DNA of 64,000 nucleotides from Spirochaetia bacterium (GCA_965208575.1 CBDBOV010000006.1:1280001-1344000); one strand, 5' to 3'. Shown: positions 29,448 through 38,436, numbered from the stretch's first letter. A program made the numbers and translations. Notes: generated by a model from the sequence alone, not told the origin.

Positions 29448-30680
29448 TCAGCGACCCGGCTCGGGCACTTGAGCACGGAACAGAAGCGCGGTGCCGCGCA
29501 CGCGGTAGCCGCCGACCGCGGCGGGAACGAACAGCGCTTCGCCGCCGCGGCACTCCAACGAGCGTCCTTGCGCGTCTGTGACGGTCGCTTCGCCATGGAG
29601 GAAAAGCAGGATCTCCGGGCCGGTTGTGTTCGGCGCGAACACGGATTCGCGCTGCAGGCGGTCGAGCGCCACCGACGAGAGCGCGAACTCCGCCGCCGGA
29701 GTCGGGTAGCGCCGCTCGCCGTTGGCGTCCGCCGCCGGGTTCAACACGCCAGCCTCCTGAGGTTCGAAGCGGGCCACGTGCAACAGCTCCGGAACGTCGA
29801 CGTGCTTCACCGTCAGGCCCCCGCGCAGCACGTTGTCGGAGTTGGCCTGCAACTCCACCGCCGTTCCGCTCAGCGCGGCGTGCAGCGTGCCGGCTCCGGT
29901 GAAGGTTCCCTCGCCCGGTGCCAAGCGCACCACGTTCAGCAGATACGGACTGAGCACGCCGGCGTCACCGGGGTAACTTGCGGCCAGCCGTTCCACCCAG
30001 CGAGCCGCAGCTTCGGCGCCGGTTTCGAGACCGCCGCCGCGGAGTTGGCTGGCGGCGTGCTCCGCGGTGTGGGACACCAGGTCGGCACGTTGCCGGTCAT
30101 TCAACTGCAGCGCCGTCGCCAACAGTGAGCCCAGCGCTCGCGCCGTCGGGCGCTCGCGCAGCGCGGCGGTCGCCGCTCGCAGGTCCGGCACGTCGACAGA
30201 CTCCAGGTGCCGGACCAGCTCGGCGTAGGGCCGAAAGCCGCTCATCATCCAATACGGTTCCAGCGCCACCGCCAGTTCCGGCTTGTGGTTGCGGTCACGG
30301 TAGTTGCGGTTCGGCGCGTCGGGCGGGATGGCGGCCGCCTGCTCGCGCGCGAACCCCTCCGCCGCCTGCGCCAGCGAGGGATGCGCCTGGATCGACAGCG
30401 GCTCCGCAACGGCGAGTATCTTGAGCAGAAACGGCAGCTCCGTTCCGAACCGCTGCACGGCCGGCCCGAGGGTCTCGGCGGGGCGCTCGGCCACCAGCCG
30501 GTCCAGCTTGATGCGGCCACCGGCAACCGTAACGGCCGACGGTGCCTGCGGATGCGCCCCGATCCACAGTTCCGCCTCCGGTTCATCAGCCGGTGGCCTT
30601 CCCTGCAGCCTGGCAAGCGCCGTCTTCGAGCCCCACGCATAGTGCTGGATCGGGTTGTCCAACTTCAGCAGACCGAGCAT
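29448..30680 (-). CDS. manA: Mannose-6-phosphate isomerase, class I
   Basis: QHYAWGS, AELWIGAHP, LPFLLKIL..PLSIQAHP, NYRDRNHKPEL, ANSDNVLRGGLT. Confidence 0.96.
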   Translation of the reverse strand: MLGLLKLDNPIQHYAWGSKTALARLQGRPPADEPEAELWIGAHPQAPSAVTVAGGRIKLDRLVAERPAETLGPAVQRFGTELPFLLKILAVAEPLSIQAHPSLAQAAEGFAREQAAAIPPDAPNRNYRDRNHKPELAVALEPYWMMSGFRPYAELVRHLESVDVPDLRAATAALRERPTARALGSLLATALQLNDRQRADLVSHTAEHAASQLRGGGLETGAEAAARWVERLAASYPGDAGVLSPYLLNVVRLAPGEGTFTGAGTLHAALSGTAVELQANSDNVLRGGLTVKHVDVPELLHVARFEPQEAGVLNPAADANGERRYPTPAAEFALSSVALDRLQRESVFAPNTTGPEILLFLHGEATVTDAQGRSLECRGGEALFVPAAVGGYRVRGTALLFRAQVPEPGR

Positions 30681-30685
30681 CCGGC

Positions 30686-31627
30686 CTACGGCCCCTCCTC
30701 GCTGACGGCGGCAGCGTCTCGCCGGCCGCGGGGCGGGGCGCGGAACACCTGCCTAGTGTGCCACGCGACGTACCGGCCGGCAGGCTCGCGGGTCCCCTCC
30801 TGCGGTGGCCGTATAGGGCGGTCGTGGTAATCCAGGAGCCAGCGCACCGCCGGGCTCATGCCATGCACCTCGCGCGAGACCAGCAACCGCCAGCCTGAAC
30901 CGCGTTCGTCCTCCGCCAGACCGATTGCTCCGCGGTCGAACGCGCCATGATGGAACGTACACAACGCCAGTCCGTTGGCAACCTGATCGGGACCGCCGTG
31001 GGAGTGCCACTGGATGTGAGCGGCTTCGAGACCGAGCAAATCGTCCCTGAGACGCAGGTCGAAGTCGCACACCGCGCACCGCCGCTCGTATGCCGTCAGT
31101 ACCGCCTCGCGGAAGTGCGGGTCGCGGCGCGGACGGGGAGTGACCCTCTCCTCCACCTCGGGAACTCCCCACAACCCGACCGCCTCCAGGATGTGCTGAT
31201 GCATGGAGGCAGGAAAGTGCTGGTCCAGAATCCACCGAGCTTCCGCCAGCGCTCGACCAGGGTTGTCAGCCAGTTCGCGAAACAGTGGCTCGGGTAGGCC
31301 TCCGGTGACGCCTCTCTCTCGTAGCTCTTTGATGTGGAAGTCACCACCCGTCGTCCGCGTAAGCGAGGAAACCTCAGGCACTTCCCACAACTCGTTTTCC
31401 AAGTGCGAAAATGGATACACCGGACGAGGTGATCGCGGGGTGCCGAAATGCCGAAGCAGACCAACCAACTCACTCTCGATGTCGCGGAATCGCACCAACC
31501 GATCTCGCCCACGCAAGGCCCAACCCATTGCCAACAGCAAGAGCAGTGGCTTGTGAGGTGCGCGCCTGCCACCTTTCCGCCACACCTTGAGCTTGGTGAG
31601 TCTGTGGTGGAATTCATCCAAGGTCAA
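30686..31627 (-). CDS. HNH endonuclease with probable N-terminal sulfur-binding domain (phosphorothioate-dependent restriction-like)
   Basis: RAPHKPLLLL..PVYPFSHL N-terminus. RDPHFREAVL..CAVC..LEAAHI..NGLALC..HH.AFD HNH domain. Confidence 0.8.
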   Translation of the reverse strand: MTLDEFHHRLTKLKVWRKGGRRAPHKPLLLLLAMGWALRGRDRLVRFRDIESELVGLLRHFGTPRSPRPVYPFSHLENELWEVPEVSSLTRTTGGDFHIKELRERGVTGGLPEPLFRELADNPGRALAEARWILDQHFPASMHQHILEAVGLWGVPEVEERVTPRPRRDPHFREAVLTAYERRCAVCDFDLRLRDDLLGLEAAHIQWHSHGGPDQVANGLALCTFHHGAFDRGAIGLAEDERGSGWRLLVSREVHGMSPAVRWLLDYHDRPIRPPQEGTREPAGRYVAWHTRQVFRAPPRGRRDAAAVSEEGP

Positions 31628-31738
31628 TTTGGAACCCTCTGTCCAGGAACTATGACATAAGAGCCCGGTGAACCGGTAGTCAGCGCCGGATGAGAGTCGG
31701 TTGAGGTTGCCGAACCCTTCTGAATCGGCAGGTCTGTA

Positions 31739-31915
31739 TCATGGGATGCGGAAGTTCCTGGCTTTGTAGAATTGGAAGTCGGAGATGCAGGGAATCTTCA
31801 CTTGCCCTGCAGAGGCCTCGGCAATCAACCAGTCCCAGAACGGCCGGATGCGATCGAGCGGGTAGTAGTCCTCATGGACGCGGGTCAGCACATTCGCATC
31901 AAGCAGGTACAGCAC
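31739..31915 (-). pseudogene. DUF4411 (PIN-like) gene with a large in-frame internal deletion
   Basis: LYLLDANVL..YYPLDRIRPFWDWL..GQVKIP joined directly to a C-terminal-like CISDFQFYKARNFRIP. Only 58 codons. Confidence 0.7.
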
Positions 31916-31917
31916 GA

Positions 31918-33159
31918 CTATCCCGACTGCCGCGTTGGACTTCCAGCCACCAATCCGCCCAAGAGCGGCTCTACGCCGCTGGGCTTCACGCCAAGGATCA
32001 GGGCGGCCTTGGTGTGGGTCAGTTCGTTGGACCTCAGGGCGCGGCCGACGAGTTTGATCAGTGGTCGACCGAGACGATGCTTTCGGAGCGTGTAATAGGT
32101 GGGACCGGTTCCCGCGGATTCCTGGCGTAGTTCGCGGCGACGGGGTCGTGCAGCCTGCCACCGTGCGGCGTATGCGGCCGCAAGTCGTCGGTAGACCTCG
32201 GCGTCAAGCGCGCCGGTACGCCAGTAGCGGTACGCCACCATCGCTTCGCTCACGTTGCGGGCAGCGGCGACTTCGCTGATCTGGTCCGCGGCGGCGTCCA
32301 CGGTGTGTCCTTGGCGAAGTCTGGGAAGGGAGTTGTGCGGAAGAAGCACTTCGCTGGCGACGTCGTTGCAGAATCGCTCCACGCGCGCTCGGTGGGTGCG
32401 TGGCGGGACTGCAGTAGGAGCGGCACTCACACCGGTAGATCCGGTATACACGTGGACGAATTCGTGGATGAGCGTAAACGACTGGGCCGCGGTTGCATCC
32501 TGGTCATTGATGATGATGAATGGCGCAATCTGATCGGCAACTGCAAATCCTCGAAACACCCGTTCATCGAGATTGGTATGGTGGGAACCAAGATTCCCCA
32601 CCAGCAGCACGAAGACACCAAGCGCTTCGACCCGTTCTCTGAGAGTAGCGAATTGCACGGCTGAAGAGGCAACACGCGCATGACGCGTTTCGTCGAGGTG
32701 GAGAGCGACGCGAATCGTTGCAGCCGCGTCCTCTATCGGCTCGGTGATGGGCATCGATCCAACGAAGGAGAGGCTCTCGGCGTCATCGTCATCTTCGAGG
32801 ATGGACCTGACCAGGTCCTGACGCACGCGCGTAGCGCGGAGAAGCGCGTCGAGCAGGGGTTCGCTCTTGTCGGTCGCTCCGCCGACGGACCGGAAGTCCT
32901 CGCCGCGGATGCCCGGAACGGGAGGTGCGGTGCGATAGAACGCCGTCAGAGGGCGCCGGTACGTCGCCGCGATCTTGAGCAACTGGTTCCGCGTCGGTTT
33001 CGCCTCGCCCCGTTCGAGAGCTTCCAGTCGCGCCGCCGAAGCGCGCCTGGCCCTTGATGTGAAGCCAAGTCGCAGCGCGGCTTCGTCGAGCGACATCCCG
33101 GCAGTCTCGCGTGCCCAATTCAAGATAGATGGGTTGATGTTCTCAGCGCGCGGAGTCAT
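31918..33159 (-). CDS. XRE-HTH + ImmA/IrrE metallopeptidase
   Basis: INPSILNWARETAG..PTRNQL, VFRGFA, FTLIHEFVH, ERFCNDVASEVL. Confidence 0.9.
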   Translation of the reverse strand: MTPRAENINPSILNWARETAGMSLDEAALRLGFTSRARRASAARLEALERGEAKPTRNQLLKIAATYRRPLTAFYRTAPPVPGIRGEDFRSVGGATDKSEPLLDALLRATRVRQDLVRSILEDDDDAESLSFVGSMPITEPIEDAAATIRVALHLDETRHARVASSAVQFATLRERVEALGVFVLLVGNLGSHHTNLDERVFRGFAVADQIAPFIIINDQDATAAQSFTLIHEFVHVYTGSTGVSAAPTAVPPRTHRARVERFCNDVASEVLLPHNSLPRLRQGHTVDAAADQISEVAAARNVSEAMVAYRYWRTGALDAEVYRRLAAAYAARWQAARPRRRELRQESAGTGPTYYTLRKHRLGRPLIKLVGRALRSNELTHTKAALILGVKPSGVEPLLGGLVAGSPTRQSG

Positions 33160-33280
33160 GTCTCTCTGCAGTCAGCATCAGCGTCCTTGCAGCCCTGTCC
33201 CCATTATATTGCCGTTGCCCGCTACTGGGCACAACTCGGCGCGCGATCACGTAGTCGGCGGCCTCCAGGATTCAACGCCC

Positions 33281-33310
33281 TTGCATTGGTACTACAAATG
33301 TAGTTATAGT
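33281..33310 (+). promoter_or_regulatory. brnTA promoter (TTGCAT / TATAGT) with palindromic operator ACTACA-aa-TGTAGT (33291-33304)
   Basis: Sigma70-like hexamers 18 nt apart, with a perfect 6-bp inverted repeat between them. Confidence 0.6.
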
Positions 33311-33323
33311 TGGATAGGGACAA

Positions 33324-33593
33324 ATGTTCGAGTGGGATCCCGTCAAGAACCAATCCAACATAGAGAAGCACGGGGTTTCCTTCGAGACTGCCAAACGCAT
33401 CTTCGATGGCCCCGTAGCATCTGGGGTCGACACTCGAGAGGACTACGGTGAGGAACGCTTTATCGGCATCGGCCGGGCCGCGAACGCTGTTCTTGTCGTC
33501 GTCTATACCTATCGGGGAGAGAACACTCGATTGATCTCCGCCCGGCCGGCAACCCGTACGGAACGGGGGAAGTACAGTGACCAGATACAATAA
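33324..33593 (+). CDS. brnT: BrnT-family toxin
   Basis: FEWDPVKNQSNIEKHGVSFE..YGEERF..VVVYTYRG..RLISARPA. Confidence 0.92.
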   Translation: MFEWDPVKNQSNIEKHGVSFETAKRIFDGPVASGVDTREDYGEERFIGIGRAANAVLVVVYTYRGENTRLISARPATRTERGKYSDQIQ

Positions 33594-34140
33594 ACCGCTC
33601 ACACCCGACCAGATTGCCGCCATCCAGGACAAGGATATCGACCTCAGCGATATCCCGGAGCTCGACGATGACTTCTGGCAGGAGGCCGAGGTGAAGTTCC
33701 CTGATCTCACCGAGCAGGTCACCTTACGCGTGAAGGGCTCGGTGCTGGCCCACTTCAAAGCCTCGGGGAAGGGCTATCAGACCCGAATCAATCAGGTGCT
33801 CGAAGGCTACGTGCAGGAAAGCAAGCGACGCGCAAGGCGACAGGCCCGGCAGGACCCGGCGGTCAAGGCGATTGCAGAGTTTCAGAAGTTCTGGAAGGAG
33901 AGTGCCGCTGCGCAGATAGAGCGTGCCGCGGCCGGAGAGATGCAGAAGTTCTTGAAGGAGAATGGCGTGGCCACGATAGAGAGTGCCGTAGCCGCGGTGG
34001 CCGGGGAAATGCAGAGGCTCTTGAAGGAGGGCTTCGTGGCCACGATGGCCGCAGAGATGCAGAAGCTCCTGAAGGAAAGCGACGCGGCCACGATGGAACG
34101 TTCCGCCGCCGAGGAGATGCAGAGGAACCGACATCGATGA
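33577..34140 (+). CDS. brnA: BrnA-family antitoxin with an atypical repetitive C-terminal extension
   Basis: DIDLSDIPEL..VTLRV..VLAHFKASGKGYQTRINQVL, then ~4 copies of an EMQK.LKE..AT.E repeat. Confidence 0.85.
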   Translation: MTRYNKPLTPDQIAAIQDKDIDLSDIPELDDDFWQEAEVKFPDLTEQVTLRVKGSVLAHFKASGKGYQTRINQVLEGYVQESKRRARRQARQDPAVKAIAEFQKFWKESAAAQIERAAAGEMQKFLKENGVATIESAVAAVAGEMQRLLKEGFVATMAAEMQKLLKESDAATMERSAAEEMQRNRHR

Positions 34141-34305
34141 CGCGGACACGCAGCCACGGACCGATTATTGCGGTGTTGTAGACGCCGAGCGTAGGTCAGA
34201 AGCTCGCCGGACCGGCGGTCGCCCGGTGTCTACAAGCCCCGCCCGGCCACCAGGGCACGGTCGAACCGGTAGTCAGTGGTGTGCGGGGGCGGGTATCGTA
34301 GCGGC

Positions 34306-35397
34306 ATGGTTCGGTTTGGGATCATTGGGACCGGCGGGGTGGCCGGGGGCGGGGCGCGGGATCTTGGCGAGAACCCGGAGGCGGAGCTGATCGCGGTGGC
34401 CGATCCCAGCGGCGAGCGGCGAGCGGCGTTCGGGAAGCGGTTCGGGGTGCCGCACGTGCTCGAGAGCGCCGACCAGTTGCTGGACCTGGACGCGGTGGAC
34501 GCGGTGTACATCGCGGTGCCCAACTACCTGCACGTGCCGCTGGCAGCGCAGGCGCTGAACGCCGGCAAGCACGTGATTCTGGAGAAGCCGCTGGCCCTGA
34601 GCCGGGCCGACGCGGAGCCGCTGGTGGAGGCCGCGCGCGGGGCCGGTACCCACTTCATGCTGGGCATGAACCAGCGCTTCACGCCGCACGTGCAGCGCGC
34701 CCGCGGGCTGGTGGCGCAGGGACGCATCGGACGCGCCTACCACTGCAAGACCTACTGGCGCCGGCGGGCGGGCATCCCCGGCATCGGGAGCTGGTTCACC
34801 CGCAAGGAGATGTCCGGCGGCGGCGGGCTGCTGGACATCGGCGTGCACATGCTCGACAACGCCCTCTACATCCTGGACAACTTCGCCGTGCACTCGGTGT
34901 CCGGCGCCACCTACCGCGAGTTCGGCCCGAACGGCACCGGCGAGGGCGGCTATGGGCTGTCGGAGCGCACCGATGCGGCGTTCGACGTGGACGACTTCGC
35001 CACCGCCCTGATCAAGCTCGCCGGCGGCGCCACCGTGCTGATCGACGCGGTGTGGGCGATGCACAACGGGCGCAGGAGCGAGATGAACATCGAGCTGTAC
35101 GGCTCGGAGGGCGCCATCGACACCTACGGCGACAAACTGTTCCGCCAGCAGGGCAGCGAGTACCACGCCATCGAAGGCCCCGACGCCGGCCCGCTGCCCT
35201 ACCCGCACACCAGCCGCTTCCACCACTTCGTGAACGTGATCCTCGGCCGCGAGCAGCCGTGCGTGACCCTGGAGCAGGCACTCGCCGTGCAGCGCGTGAT
35301 CGACGCCATCTACGCCTCCGCGGCGAACGGGAAGGAAGTGCTCCTGAGCGGGGACGCTGCAAGCGGGACGCCGGCAGGCGAACCGGCACGCAAATAG
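34306..35397 (+). CDS. Gfo/Idh/MocA oxidoreductase
   Basis: GIIGTG, AVPNYLH, GKHVILEKP, GGGGLLDIGVHMLD. Confidence 0.93.
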   Translation: MVRFGIIGTGGVAGGGARDLGENPEAELIAVADPSGERRAAFGKRFGVPHVLESADQLLDLDAVDAVYIAVPNYLHVPLAAQALNAGKHVILEKPLALSRADAEPLVEAARGAGTHFMLGMNQRFTPHVQRARGLVAQGRIGRAYHCKTYWRRRAGIPGIGSWFTRKEMSGGGGLLDIGVHMLDNALYILDNFAVHSVSGATYREFGPNGTGEGGYGLSERTDAAFDVDDFATALIKLAGGATVLIDAVWAMHNGRRSEMNIELYGSEGAIDTYGDKLFRQQGSEYHAIEGPDAGPLPYPHTSRFHHFVNVILGREQPCVTLEQALAVQRVIDAIYASAANGKEVLLSGDAASGTPAGEPARK

Positions 35398-35411
35398 GAG
35401 GGGACGGCACC

Positions 35412-36362
35412 ATGCGGATTTTCTTTGTCGACGACACCGACATCGGCCTGAACGACGACATCGACTTCTCCGGGCTGCAGGCGCTCGGCGAGTACCGGAG
35501 CCTGCCCAACGGCACCGAGGCCGAGATTATCGCGCACGGAGAGGGCACCGAGATCATCGCCGTCAACAAGGCGCAGATCACGGCGCCGATCTTCGAAGCG
35601 CTGACCACGCTGCGGCTGGTGGCCGTGACCGCCACCGGTTACAACAACGTCGACCTGGAGGCGGCGCGCGCCGCCGGGGTCACGGTGAGCAACGTGGCCG
35701 GGTACGCCGGCGACACCGTGCCGCAGCACGCCTTCGCGCTGATCCTGAACCTGGCCACCAAGGCGTACAAGTACGCCGCCGACGTGGAGCGCGGAGACTG
35801 GCAGCGCAGCTCCTCGTTCACGCTGCTGCGCTACCCCGCCTTCGAGCTGAAGGGGCTGACCATCGGCATCGTCGGCTTCGGGGTGATCGGTCGCGGCGTG
35901 GCGCGCATCGCCGAGGGGTTCGGCATGCGGGTGCTCGCCAACGACGCCTTCCCGATCAAGGACAGCGCCTACCGCAACACGCCGCTCGACGAGTTGCTCG
36001 CGGCATCCGACTTCGTGACCATCCACAGCCCGCTGACCGAGGAGACGCGCAACCTGATCGACGCCGCGGCGCTGGCGAAGATGAAACCCACCGCGTACGT
36101 GATCAACACCGCGCGCGGCGGCATCGTGGACGAGGCCGCGCTGGCCGCGGCGCTGCATGGGGGCCGCCTCGCCGGGGCCGGCTTCGACGTGCTCACCGAG
36201 GAGCCGCCGACCGCCGGCAACCCGCTGCTCGATGCCCCCAACATCATCCTCACCCCGCACAGCGCCTGGTCCACCCGCGAGGCGCGGCAGGCCCTGATCG
36301 ACCAGACCACCATCAACATCCGCTCCTTCATCGCCGGCACCCCCCGCAACGTCGTGTCGTAG
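35412..36362 (+). CDS. D-2-hydroxyacid dehydrogenase (glycerate dehydrogenase-like)
   Basis: ATGYNNVD, GIVGFGVIG, INTARGG, DVLTEEPP, TPHSAW. Confidence 0.92.
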   Translation: MRIFFVDDTDIGLNDDIDFSGLQALGEYRSLPNGTEAEIIAHGEGTEIIAVNKAQITAPIFEALTTLRLVAVTATGYNNVDLEAARAAGVTVSNVAGYAGDTVPQHAFALILNLATKAYKYAADVERGDWQRSSSFTLLRYPAFELKGLTIGIVGFGVIGRGVARIAEGFGMRVLANDAFPIKDSAYRNTPLDELLAASDFVTIHSPLTEETRNLIDAAALAKMKPTAYVINTARGGIVDEAALAAALHGGRLAGAGFDVLTEEPPTAGNPLLDAPNIILTPHSAWSTREARQALIDQTTINIRSFIAGTPRNVVS

Positions 36363-36389
36363 CGTCTGCGTCCATAGGGGTCGAAGGCT

Positions 36390-36564
36390 ATCACATCGGT
36401 GAAGCAGGCCGCCGCCCACGCGAAACTCTCGTTTCCAACCGCTTCAAGCGCACTGGGGATCCTCGAACGGGCCGGGATCGCGCGGGAGCTCACTGGCAGA
36501 AAGCGCAACCGCCTCTTCGCCTATCTATGACAGCTACGTGAACATCATCAGCGAGGACACCTGA
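36390..36564 (+). pseudogene. 3' remnant of a Fic-family gene (C-terminal wHTH)
   Basis: Manual translation AKLSFPTASSALGILERAGIARELTGRKRNRLFAY. A ctat duplication shifts the frame before YDSYVNIISEDT*. Confidence 0.7.
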
Positions 36565-36607
36565 CCGTATCGATCCGGCGGGCGCGTGGCCCGGCAGCCG
36601 CAGTGTG

Positions 36608-37300
36608 CTACCCGATACCAAGGGTGGACGCGGCGGCGGGGGTGTCGATGTCGAACTCTCCCGCGGGGAAGGCGACCGTCACCAAGTCGTCGCAGTAGCA
36701 TGTGAACAGGGCGCGGGCGCCACGGTCCCCGGTAAGGCGGGTCAGCTCCGGGAAATAGCGGCGGGCAAACAGGGCCGGGACGCCGAGGGCGCCGCTGGCG
36801 TAGCGGCTGGCCACCAGCGCGGCACCCGCGCTCCGGTAGGCGGCGGCGATTTCGGCCAGGATCGCTTGTGACAGGAGCGGTTGATCAGTGACCAGCACCA
36901 ACGCCGCCCCGGGCGTGGAACGGGTGACCGCCACGGAGGTCTGCTCGGGGTCGGCGGTGCGGCAGGTCTCGGTGCCGGCATCGGGCTCGCGGACGGTGGG
37001 TAGGCTGGCGATGCCGCGGGCCAGGGAGCTGCCCATTCCTGTATGCCAGTCGGCGTTGATCACGGTGGTCACACGGCTGGCCAGGTCCTCCAGCGCCTCG
37101 CCGACCGCAGGCGCACTGCAGCCGAGCACCACGTGGACCGGATCGAGGCCGGCCGCCAAGGCCAGGCGCACGGTGCGGTGCAGCAGGGTCTCGCCGCGGT
37201 AGCGCAGCAACTGCTTGGGAGTGCCGAGGCGGCTCGAAGAGCCGGCGGCCAGGACCACGCCTGCAACGCCGCCGCCGCTGACCGGCGCCGCGTCGTTCAT
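36608..37300 (-). CDS. mocA: Molybdenum cofactor cytidylyltransferase-like nucleotidyltransferase
   Basis: VVLAAGSSSRLGTPKQLL, GMGSSL, DQP, GVPALF, GDRGAR, DIDTP. Confidence 0.8.
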   Translation of the reverse strand: MNDAAPVSGGGVAGVVLAAGSSSRLGTPKQLLRYRGETLLHRTVRLALAAGLDPVHVVLGCSAPAVGEALEDLASRVTTVINADWHTGMGSSLARGIASLPTVREPDAGTETCRTADPEQTSVAVTRSTPGAALVLVTDQPLLSQAILAEIAAAYRSAGAALVASRYASGALGVPALFARRYFPELTRLTGDRGARALFTCYCDDLVTVAFPAGEFDIDTPAAASTLGIG

Positions 37301-38436
37301 GCGCCGCCGGTTACGGCGCTCGGTTTGGCGGTGTGGATCGGGGCGGCGCGGGCGCGCAGCGGGGTGCCGGCGCGGCCGGCGAGGGCGGTGCGGATCTCGG
37401 CCAGGATGGACAGCGCGATCTCCGGCGGCGAGTCGGCGCCGATGTCGAGGCCGGCGGGGCCGTACAGCAGTTCGCCGGCGGGTGCGCGGTCGCCGAGTTC
37501 CTCCACCAGGCGCTGCAGGCGGCGGCGCGGGCCGAGCACGCCGATGTAGCGCACGTCGCGGGCGCCGAGCTGCTCCAGGTACTGCAGGTCGGTGGGGTAG
37601 CTGTGGGTCATCAGCACCACCACCTCGCCGTGGCGCGCCGGCACGGTGGCGGTGAACTCTTCGCGCGCTGCGGTACGTACCTGCACGGCGGCGGGAAAGC
37701 GCTCGGGACGGGCGAAGGCGGCGCGGTGGTCGAACACGATCGGCGCCCAGCCGAGCGCACCGGCCAGCGCCACCAGCGGCTCGGCGTCGGGACCGGCGCC
37801 GCACACGGTCAGTGGCAGCGGCGGCTCGATCACTTCCAGCAGCACGCGCACCGGCGCGCCGTCTATCTCGTAGCGGGCGGATCGCGAACTTCCCGCCTCC
37901 ATCAACCGCATCAGGTCGTTGCTCACCGCGGCGCACAACTCGGAACGCCAGTGGCCGTAGGGGGTGCCTTCCGAAGCCGCAGTCATGGCGAGCCGCGCGC
38001 CTACCTCCGCCTCATGCCCGGACTCGTAAACGGTCGCCAGGACGCTGCGATGGCCGCGCGCGCGGGCCGCGGCGATGCTCGGCAGGTAGCGGCTGTCGGC
38101 GACCGCGTCCGCGGGGGCCACGCGCTCCAGCAGTACGTCGACCACGCCGTTGCAGCCCAGTCCCAGGCCGAGCAGGGCATCCTCGGGAGCGGTCGAGTCG
38201 TAGCGCACGGTGCGCGAACGGCCGTCGGCCAGCACTTCGGCGGCGCGCTCCAGAAGGTCGCCCTCCAGGCAGCCGCCGCTGATCATGCCGACGGTGTCGC
38301 CGCCGGGCAACGCAAGGGCGCGCGCCCCGACGCTACGGTAGCTCGACCCCTCCACGTGCACCAGGGTGGCCAGCGCGCACACCGATCCCGCGGGCAGCGC
38401 GGACAGTGTGTCAGTGATGCTTTGCAGCTCGTCCAT
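37297..38436 (-). CDS. xdhC: XdhC/CoxI Mo-hydroxylase accessory protein
   Basis: VEGSSYR, ISGGCLE, GLGCNG, LMTH, YIGVLGP, GPAGLDIGADSPPEIALSILAE. Confidence 0.9.
   Translation of the reverse strand: MDELQSITDTLSALPAGSVCALATLVHVEGSSYRSVGARALALPGGDTVGMISGGCLEGDLLERAAEVLADGRSRTVRYDSTAPEDALLGLGLGCNGVVDVLLERVAPADAVADSRYLPSIAAARARGHRSVLATVYESGHEAEVGARLAMTAASEGTPYGHWRSELCAAVSNDLMRLMEAGSSRSARYEIDGAPVRVLLEVIEPPLPLTVCGAGPDAEPLVALAGALGWAPIVFDHRAAFARPERFPAAVQVRTAAREEFTATVPARHGEVVVLMTHSYPTDLQYLEQLGARDVRYIGVLGPRRRLQRLVEELGDRAPAGELLYGPAGLDIGADSPPEIALSILAEIRTALAGRAGTPLRARAAPIHTAKPSAVTGGA

Larger units (their letters stand above)
31661..34278 (+). repeat. Imperfect ~27-bp direct repeats (core gaaccggtagtcag at 31670-31683 and 34263-34276) bracketing the IrrE/DUF4411 + BrnTA block
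   Basis: agagcccggt-gaaccggtagtcagcg vs agggcacggtcgaaccggtagtcagtg. Confidence 0.6.

Noticed and set aside
24531-29587. Diversity-generating retroelement TR/VR pair
   Set aside because: Differences between repeat copies are not adenine-specific, and there is no reverse transcriptase in the window.
33877-34125. CRISPR array
   Set aside because: Repeats are degenerate, in-frame coding units without unique spacers, and no cas genes are present.
22000-34300. Prophage, ICE or classical integron
   Set aside because: No integrase, transposase, structural or conjugation genes, and no recurring attC-like sites.
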